In this document: positions 54,801 to 64,000 of the stretch, piece after piece
Layout: every line of letters begins with the position of its first letter
How positions within the stretch are numbered: position 1 is the first letter of the stretch
Assembly: GCF_000150275.1 (NCBI RefSeq)
Contig: NW_002060974.1
Location: 341,744-405,743 of the forward strand
Direction of reading: 5' to 3'
Length of the DNA stretch: 64,000 nt
From: Trichoplax adhaerens
Lineage: Eukaryota > Animalia > Placozoa
Program-made: the position numbers and the translations under genes
Notes under the pieces: generated by a model
What the model was told of the DNA's origin: nothing
Database searches by the model: none
What the model saw: the letters and a program-made list of their open reading frames with translations, nothing else

Positions 54801-57800
54801 GTAATCTCTTTCTAGAGATTTCATTTCAGTGTCTGCTGTTGCAGACGTAGGTAATTCATTTGAAGTACTTAAATCGCTATAATCTCTTCCTGAGGATTTC
54901 ATTGCCGAGTCTGTTATTGCGGGCGTAGGTATTTTATTTGAAGTAATTATATCATTCTCTACGTGCTGCTCACCTTCGGAATTAACGTTGGTGGTAAAAT
55001 TTTTGCTAGCAGACGAGGTATCGCCTTCGCAATTTTGTTCCATACGCGTAGATAGTGGTTTGATATTCTGCTTATCAGCATTATTTATCATATATGAATA
55101 TACTTTTTCTTTTAATGCAATTCGATAATCAACTTTTCTTCTGTCTAAAACATCAAATGTCGTTAGCTTTATCAACTGCTGTATATCGTTTGCAATTTCC
55201 GTTTCGCTGCTAGGCTCAATGGATCCATCATTTAAAAAGGCGTTTATAATAGATGTTTTACCGACATTTTCAGGACCACCAATGACAATTTTAATGAAAT
55301 CTTTGTTCCTACTTCCCTCTTTTAATGCTTCATAGTAAGCTTTTAGATATTCTTTATCGTTGTTGGCTAAAGATAGATAAATTAATGAAGTTAATAAATA
55401 GCAGTGTCATGATTTATAATTCAAGTTAAATATCGCCTAGATAAATGTCTCTCAATTAATTATATATTTACGAGTATTCTATCAATTTCTAATAACGTTT
55501 TGATTAGAATTTCTTAATTAAGCGCAGTTCAGGCTACAGTCAACGAGAATTGATTAATATCTGAGCTATGCACTTATAATCATATTTACTTTCGGTAGCT
55601 AATTCCAAAGCTCGCTGTTTCATCCACTCATCAGTTATATCAGATGTCAATATCTGTTCTACTAAGTTTACGTTGTGTAGTTTTAGCCTCTTTCCACGAT
55701 CTTGCAGAAATGCAAGCACTTTATCAAATTTCTTCCAGTCCTTAATAAAATCGCGAATAAAGGATATCAGTAAATGAAAAGCAACACAAATACGAAGCCG
55801 AATTTATGAAAGGGCTATTTATTAAGAAGCAAGTATACCCCTAATACCTATCCACGTTACACACAATCAAGTTTCATATATACGCCGATTACAATAATAC
55901 TAAGTAATTGAGTGATATTTAATTAAATTAAAGTGTTAAATCTAACACTTTATTAAATATTTAGTGTTTGAACAATCTCTTATTTCAGAAAGAGCTAAAA
56001 ATAGCGTAACACTTGATAAGGCGATTTCAGTAAAAATTTGCAACGTATAAGCCTAGGTAATAAATGTCGATGCTACTAAGCTGTTCTAATCTACTAAAGA
56101 AGTAAATTACCGATACCTGATGATTCTTTTTACAGTAGTTCATGTAGTTAGTTATATCGTTGATTAGCCCGGAAATTTCATTGTCAGATTCAATTTTACG
56201 TGACATCCAGTTAAAGTCAGTCATGATGCTTTGCAAATCTTTATCACATTTACCCAATATAGCATGACAAACTGAATTTTGATAGAAATAGTCGTCATCA
56301 GGGAAGGTATACCATCTACCTCTGCATCGACTACGATAACCATCAATTAATTTCTTGCTTAATTTTTCATCATAATCTTGGTTCGAGACTTGCAAGCGTA
56401 GATGGTCCAGCATCAAACCATGTAAAACCCAGTATCTGAACGAATTAACAATATTTAATTCGATTAGTATCGTAGTAAATAGAAAATTAAGAATACTTGC
56501 TATATTGTTGGTGCTGGTTAAATGAGAATCTATACATTATATGTTGAATTCATGCTCTTGCGAAAATAATTACAATACGCTACTGTAGCAAGATTTTTTG
56601 ATTAGAATAGTATGAAATCAATGGCTCATTTTTAGATCTACTTGCAAAATGCAACTGCTTAATACACTAGAAGTTAATAAAATGTTTCTAGAGCTGATTG
56701 CGAAACTGGCATAGTTTAATTAAAGCCAATAAATTCAAACTGTTTTGTAGCGTACTAAATCAAAGATCTTCTTGAACGAGATTTTAATTAAAGTTGAATG
56801 CTCCGATACTCTAGCTATGTATTATGAATATACCGAATGATCAAATACAATCATTATTGATGTTTAACGGCAATGAAATACGAGTAGCCTGTATGTTGTA
56901 TAGAAGTGACAATTGCCTTTGCAACCCTACTAATTTGGTTGAAAATGAAGTCAAACCTATACTTGAGTCTTAAATGTGCAGTAAAATTTGAATGTTTATT
57001 AAAACTTAGGGGACAAGCTGTGTACAAGATATAAAAAATATTGTTTTAAATCATCTTAAGATCACGAATGTGAACACTTACTGTAAAAATCGGTTACACT
57101 AAGGTAGATAAATCGATAACATGCTATCTTCAAACTGCAGAGTCAAATATCTACATACTTTAAATGTTCAATTATTGAATAAAACTAAGCGCAACGATTC
57201 AAAAACTTCGCCAATTTGGAAAATCAATGCTATTTGGCACTGTATGATATTACATTGCAATATATTAACCAGGGGAATTGTCTACTTTAGACTTCAAATT
57301 TGGGGTATCAGACTGTATGACGTTGATGTTTTCGCAACAGTCTCACAGAGCGTTAGGAAATACTTCCCTATCATTTAGAGCTTGTTACTAGTGATTTGAT
57401 AAATGGTACCTTAGGCTTAATACAAAGACATTTGATGTCATGCATATGCATGACATCAACATTTACATACACGTTTAAAAACAATTACACTTCTCATTTA
57501 AGGATGAAATATGACTGAAAACTGAAACATGAATATCCATTGCTATTTCGGATACTGCATACACGTTGGATATTTTATGTTGCATGCGTTGCTTATTTAG
57601 TTCCTAAACATGATGATAGAGCCATATCGTACTTACTTGCTTCCTTCGACGTATGTTAATAATGACCTATTTTGCATTTCCTTTAAAATACGGTTGGCAT
57701 CCTTATCGTCACAGCTCCATACTGATGAAATAGATTCAATGGGGATGGACGCTCGCTTAAATACTGCCAGCAACTTAAATAATTCCCTGTCGGATTCGCT

Positions 57801-60800
57801 TAAAGATTCAATACTTGATTGCAATACACCATATAAATTGGTGTTGACACCTGTAATAGAATTTTTGGCTGTGTTCCATTCTTCATTTGTGCTTAGATTA
57901 AGGCCGCCAATTTCGGAAATTGCTAATGGTAGGTAAGCGCAACTTTCAAAGACGTTCTTGATAATTGGATTTGCACGTAAAACCTCAGAGTGAGCTACGT
58001 GATGCAACGCTAGCAATTCTACGCTTTCTTCAGGAGTCAACCGTTCCTGTACAGTATGGCGTAAAAATGTTTAAGTACATAAAAGATGCAACATTACTTT
58101 TTATTAAACTGCTTCTAAAATCGTGTGTCGAAAGGTAAACATAAAGGCCTAAAATTCACTTCAATCCTCTGACGGTAAAGCTAGTCTAGTTAACAATTAC
58201 CGTGTCTAATTTAGTTCATAAACAAGTCGCATTGTGTGAATAATTATACACAAAATCAAATGAATACAAACCGGCATATTAAAACAGTCAAAATTAAGCT
58301 GGATTCCATCGTAGGTTAATCGTGAAGTAACGATTGATTTCTTAGCAAAGGATAAAAAATATTTGTAATGATCCTTCTTCGAGACGTCGTCGAAAATAAA
58401 TAATGTATTGGCTATTTTGCTATTTTCTATCAAGAAATTACAAAGGAAATACAGTAATTATTTCTATCATTGTCTAACTTGATATCAAATATTTTCATGA
58501 GTGAAGGACGTTGAAATTTTGTGCCTACCTCGTAGGTAATTATCAAGATATTCGCAAACTTCTCTTATTGACTTAATATTCTTATTCCACACAGTGCCAA
58601 GACTGACACCCAAAACCTTCAGCTTTTGGGATAATTCATCATTTGATATATTACCTAGATACAATAATTGTTATAAATATTCAAATACAAAAATACCAAG
58701 AAACATAGAAAATATTTTATGGACGAATATGCTCATTGATCAAACCGGCATAGAATCTGCAGTTGTAAACAATCTTAAATTTTATTGCTATTTCATTTAT
58801 AAACCACTATTTTATCTTACCATACTTTTTTTAAATAGTTTATCAGCGTTATAATTAAAATATGAAGCAGCAGCATACATCACATTATTAGTTTATCTTT
58901 GTTGCGCTATTTTTAGGTATCGATATGCATATTGGATACGTACAGTGCAATGGGCCACAATCGTAGCACTGAAGTAATCAAAGTAAACCAACAACTGATT
59001 ATAATTATAGACCTACTAAGGATAGATAGATATTCTCTGAACCTATATAATAGAGACAAGGACTACTAAACTCTCATAGTTTTCCATAAAAATATCCTAA
59101 TCTCAAGCTTAAAGTTTATATACTTATAGGTTAGTTATCATTAAGAATACACTTTACCTATACGCTTGTAACAGTCTTTTACTAAAGATGGCTAATAAAT
59201 ACAGGCTACGTAGACAAGGGGACAACTACATCATGCAGATTTGCTACCATACTCCCCCAAATCGATGAGTTTACTAATTTTGACTAACGCTAACTAGCAG
59301 ATTAAATTAAGAACCCATTAATTTAAGTAGTAGTTTCATTGAGCTTGGAAAGGAAGCTAATCAAGTGTTTTGCTTTAGATAATATACACTGTACAGTATT
59401 GTATCGGAAATTATGGCAGCGGTAATCATATACACGTTTTAACCTATAGTAAACATCCGATAGCACAAATTAATTCTACACTAAGCATTTTCAGTTCTAT
59501 AATTATTCTATTTCAACATGTTAGATTCTTACGAAAATCATTTATAACACTAATAATATAAAATACTCTCCATTAATAAGTTATAGATCGAAAAATTAGC
59601 TGCAATAAATTTTGAAACTTACCAATCTTCATCCAATAACAACCATTTGATTTAAAGCAGCCATTGCTTACAGCTTGGCGTACAGACTGGCAAACAGCAA
59701 TCGTTTTACCGCTGCCAGCCATCCCATGTATTAAAGCATGGCCGGGTGATTCATCGATATTCTTTAATTTATCGCAAATTTTATTAACGATGTCCTTTCT
59801 TATAATGTAGTCACTTATCGAAGTTGGCGGTAGTTCACGAAGTGGAATTTCTGACAATAAAATAATTTACATAAAGATTTCTTATGAAATACTGCTGTAA
59901 ATCACACTAAATACAAATACCTTTCTAAGGCAGAAAAATTAGAATTGTTTAATGCGTAAATGCCATTTGACATTATGGCAAATAAATCAAATAGCATCAT
60001 CTTAGTGATACTAGTTAAAGTAGAATAAATTATTTAAATAATTATATACAATTAGCACAGTATACTGACGGTCCAATTTTGAATGTAAAATACAAACTGG
60101 AACATTCAATCAAAGATTACATAAAGTAGATTAATATTGACGAATGTACAGAAAAAAACACCGGGAAATAAAGATGTTCTTTCTATTGAAGTCTTCCTGC
60201 TAGATAACTTGGACACTGCAACATTAACAGAATTTAACACTGGGTCTTCAAGTGGTAAGATAAATAAAGCTTTGATATCTAGCTTATGAATTATATCAAT
60301 TTATAATATTATAAGATCTTGATTCTTCGTAGTTAAATGTGGTATTAGAATTAATTTAATGACTTTAAATTTTTGAGAAAATTTAAAGTCGAATAATTCA
60401 ATGAAAGTTTAAATGATCTTAAATTTTTTCTAGACAGAATATCTGCTAGATTCTATTGACGGATTCTACATATTTCTTACAATCATCTACTATTACATAA
60501 GCTATTATCATTTGTGTTGTATTTAATTCTACAATCGTATTTTCTGCATGTATTCTATCTTTAAAGCTAACAAATATTATTAATGTCTACCTCAGATCTC
60601 GATAGTTACAATAGTTGCAATGTTAGTATTCGTGTCTTAGGAGACATGCTTAAGTATGAAATTGTTATTTACATTCAAATATCTATTTAGTCAAGTATGA
60701 TAACTAGCTCCAAATTATGTAGTGTATCACATGAGCGAAGGTTTACTAGTAATTAATCGGGACTAAGTAATCAGCTGAAATCACTACAAATGGTTTGATC

Positions 60801-63732
60801 GCAATAATGTATTTACTATTAAAAATATGCTGACAGCATAGTAAATATGTTTACAATGACTGACAGAGTACGTACAGCTAAAGGGGATAATGACCAATAA
60901 AAGTAGTTACTTATGCACGTTATAGTGTGTTGCGCCTTAAAGTGTGCGCATTTCGAAAAGATTCTAGTTACTATACCGTAAGTGAGAGAAGTAGTCTTGC
61001 TTACTAAAGGTAAACTTCACTTCCTGTAAGTCACATAATACTAAATAATGATATCTTGCTATCTAAACTTTATTTAAAAAACTACTGACTAAGTCATTAG
61101 CTAATTGATTCATCCGTCTTAGTAAATGATGCAATGAACTAGAGGAAAGATGGTAAGCTTTTCAACTTATTGAATAGGCTATTTAGTATACAGTTAGATC
61201 CAAGCATCATTGTAGCTTACTGAAAATATACTGTTACTAGTTTTGGTTTAAAATTATGCATTATGTATAGGTGAAGAAGTGATTTTATAAACGCTTTCTT
61301 GAAAAGCCGGTAGTAAAGATAAATGAGATGCGACGATCAATTTAGTATATGTGTACTGTGTAGTGTACGGCTTATTAGGCCTACACAAAACTACTATAAT
61401 TAGCTGAAATCACTGCAATGTGATAATCCATTGCGATTTTTCGTTGTATCAGTAAAAAATCTTCGTTAGCGATCAGTTTGGGTAATTTTGATAAGGTTCA
61501 GCAGTAAATAGTTCTTGTCGATTCTACAGACCAGATGCAATCTCGTTTCTACTGCAATAAAGTTACTAACTTCATTGAACTCTATATGATATTAATTTGT
61601 AATAGCATCACTGTGTGATAAAGCGTCTAACTTTAAGCAAAGACTTCCGTATCCTGAGAATAAATTACGTCTTCCACCAAGGACCACATTAGCTACGACT
61701 ACCTCAACTTCGAAGGTGAAATCTCCTGCTTATACGTACATTTGGTTGCAAAGTATCATCAAGATACAAAGATCAACATCTATCTTAATTAGCCCAGGAT
61801 TTCGTTACTTGCATATCTCAAGGTGTTAAGGTTACCTAATACAGCATCTCTAAGAACTACTGAAATCTATACTTTTTCTAGTCTGAGTTTTGTAATCGCG
61901 TAGAGTTTAGAATGTAAATGTTTACTAATACTATTATAACCGCAATAAAGCGGGAAAAATATTGGTATGTGTGAGCTTTAATTATTCAACTCGTATTTTT
62001 CAAAAGTCGAAAAGATCATCAACAAGGTAACTCTAGTTAAAATAAAGGTCTTTACCCCAAGTATATATTTAAAAAAGCTTACTAACTCCTATTTCATAGC
62101 GTTTTTAAGATCAAAATTATGATTTATCTCAAAGTTATCCGGAAATGAAATGCAAATGACACCTGAAGAACTGTTCTGAATTAAGCAATTTAGGAAAAAC
62201 TCCATATGGTACGGCATATACCACAGAGATAGCTTATACGTAAATGCAAACTGAATAACATTAGACTACTAAAGAGAACAACCAATCATAGTAACATCAG
62301 TGTTATCAGTAATCATGATATTTGTTACAGTATTATTACTCTGTTAAGTCGTAGGTGTTAAATTTATTTATGAAAACGTGGTACCGCTTGTTAACTAATA
62401 ATATTCTTCCTTATATAATTCCAATGTACGTGATATACTTAAACTCAGCTTCATTACCACAAGCTTCTTGAGAATACAAAGAGCAAATAATCCATGAAAA
62501 GATAATTAAAGTGAAGATTGCTGCAGGAACTGTACTATTGAACTGACTGCGCAGGCTAAATACTGCTTATTGCCATCAAATTGCGTTAGTTGCGGTATTA
62601 TCGAGAATTTAAAGGATGTGATACCCTCAAAAACTATTCTAGAGGATAATATTTTCAAAATTTAGCGTACAGAATTTATCTTTAACTTAATATATTGTCA
62701 TGCTATATTATTTCATATATACAACTGAGCGTAATGTGGCCCAAAATAGATCGTGCCTGAAGCTTATTCGGTATAAAATATCAATGGAAAATTTTGAGAA
62801 AATTTCTAGTCAAGTAATTTAATGAAAATTGATATGATTTTAAATTTTTTCAAGACAGAATATTTGTTGGATTCTGTTAGTATATCAAGTTTTTTGCAAT
62901 CGTCTAACACCACATGAACTATTATCATCTACGTTGAATTTGATTTTACAATCAATATTACCTTCTACATTGACTACATCTCTAAAGCTAACAAATATGG
63001 TTAATACCCGTATCTACCTCAAATCTAGATAGTTGCAGTAGTTGTAGTGTTAGTATATCTTACGTTACTTTACAACATCTAACGCTCCTCTGTAATAACT
63101 ATAGTATTTTTATAGGATTTATGGTCCAAAGTAATGAATCTATTTTCTATTAAACTATTTATTTCAATCTTTCAACAGTAATATACCCTATTAGTATCTT
63201 TGCGGAGATATAGATGCTGATAATCGTCGCTAAAAAACTGATTTGGGTTATAACGCAAAGTTTAATATGAAATCAGAGTCTTGTTGTGTTACGCTTGAGA
63301 TACGCTATCGTATCTACAGTAAATTAAAAATAGTCCATGAAAATTAATTTATCATAAATTGTGTAAATAATGAAAAGAAAATTTTGATAAACACTTTCTG
63401 TTTATAGCATAAAAGCTTACCATCTTCTTTTACAGCATTGGATTTCCTTTTTGAATTTTTATATGTAGAAATAACTTTACACATACGATGATCTTCAGCT
63501 ACAGAACGCAGCCCGCTTTTGAAGAGTGCTTCAACTAATGCACTCTTTGTGTAACTCCGACCTTTCCTACTCGCATACATACTCAACATTTGCGCACATT
63601 GATCGTCAACTGATCCATTATTTTCAGCTATAATTTTTTGGATGTCGCGTTGATCCATTCCAAATTCTCTTGCCAAAGTTTTCCACTCCGTTCCGATATC
63701 TTTTGCGATTTTGCTGTTATACTTCTTGGCTG
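45892..63732 (-). CDS. Death domain - NB-ARC (APAF1-like) - ROC - COR - Death domain protein, 5'-partial, about 1,495 aa visible
   Basis: Exons: 63732-63421 (death domain, IGTEWKTLAREFG), 59850-59623 (Walker A HGMAGSGKT), 58654-58529, 58426-58272 (Walker B FIFDDV, sensor IVTSR), 58046-57637 (YLPLAI), 56435-56117 (LHG, APAF1-like helical domain), 55740-55590, 55366-53018 (ROC GPENVGKTS, DFGGQ, ASHGD; COR LHDIGDI, NLDWL, YFVPYLL), 49711-49661, 49522-49472, 46635-46579, 46169-45892 (death domain, stop). All junctions are GT-AG and phase-compatible. The NB-ARC-ROC-COR core is firmer than the two death-domain joins across introns of over 3 kb. Confidence 0.8.
48555..48930. repeat. Intronic repeat family of about 380 bp; second copy 51138-51530, partial third copy about 48085-48182
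   Basis: Shared 'atcaaaattcaaa', 'taagactactgaaaaa', 'aatttt(c/t)gaatgta(t/c)gg', 'tatctaagc'. Accounts for the similar spurious ORFs 48670-48924 and 51212-51445. Confidence 0.88.
49430..49800. repeat. Tandem duplication of about 190 bp, each unit carrying a 51-nt exon
   Basis: 'ttaccaataatttaaatt...gtaataccttcatct...aacccttcgct' occurs twice. Confidence 0.9.
49943..50300. repeat. Diverged tandem duplication, 2 x about 170-185 bp
   Basis: 'cagtaga...aacccga...gggtt..aatttaagat...ctaatttcgatc' occurs twice. Confidence 0.65.
50947..51124. repeat. Near-identical 178-bp repeat; second copy at 61483-61660
   Basis: 'taattttgataaggttcagcagtaaata...gacttccgtatcctgagaa' in both places. Confidence 0.95.
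56607..56790. repeat. Intron segment repeated almost identically at 63815-64000, after the gap
   Basis: 'atagtatgaaatcaatggctcatttttagatctacttgc...gaacgagattttaatt'. Confidence 0.95.
60368..60630. repeat. Diverged intronic repeat of about 260 bp; second copy about 62790-63055
   Basis: Shared 'ttttgagaaaattt', 'agacagaatat', 'ctattatcat', 'taaagctaacaaatat', 'tctacctca', 'gatagtt'. Confidence 0.85.
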
Positions 63733-63764
63733 CTACAATAATTTTATTTTATTTGCAAAAATGA

Positions 63765-63814
63765 NNNNNNNNNNNNNNNNNNNNNNNNNNNNNNNNNNNN
63801 NNNNNNNNNNNNNN
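63765..63814. other. Assembly gap (50 N)
   Basis: Run of N. Confidence 1.
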
Positions 63815-64000
63815 ATAGTATGAAATCAATGGCTCATTTTTAGATCTACTTGCAAAATGCAACAGCTTAATACACTAGAAGTTAATAAAATGTTTCTAGA
63901 GCTGATTGCGAAACTGGCATAGTTTAATTAAAGCCAATAAATTCAACTGTTTTGTAGCGTACTAAATCAAAGATCTTCTTGAACGAGATTTTAATTTAAT

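Noticed and set aside
53001-55175. Stand-alone 724-aa Roco ORF
   Set aside because: Starts at TTG downstream of the P-loop; the open frame extends up to the acceptor at 55366, so it is an internal exon.
1-64000. CRISPR arrays, rRNA/tRNA genes, transposase or reverse transcriptase ORFs
   Set aside because: None recognised; the sequence is spliceosomal-intron eukaryotic DNA.

Overview
AT-rich, intron-containing eukaryotic DNA. Gene content, short introns and composition suggest an early-branching animal, most like the placozoan Trichoplax (inference only). Left to right: (1) an intronless rhodopsin-family GPCR, a truncated duplicate, and decayed LRR-receptor-like relics (0.1-11 kb); (2) a 17-exon BRF1 (TFIIIB subunit) with a U12-type intron; (3) a catalytically dead GH13 type-II membrane protein (SLC3A1/rBAT-like) convergent with a 10-exon PREPL/oligopeptidase-B-like gene, the same arrangement as vertebrate SLC3A1-PREPL; (4) an alpha-arrestin with no PPxY tail; (5) one large spliced minus-strand gene that joins several apparently separate ORFs into Death domain - APAF1-type NB-ARC ATPase - ROC GTPase - COR - Cys cluster - microexon linker - Death domain, followed by a broken CARD-like exon and running into an assembly gap. 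All exon coordinates were derived by hand from splice signals and reading-frame continuity; no searches were run.
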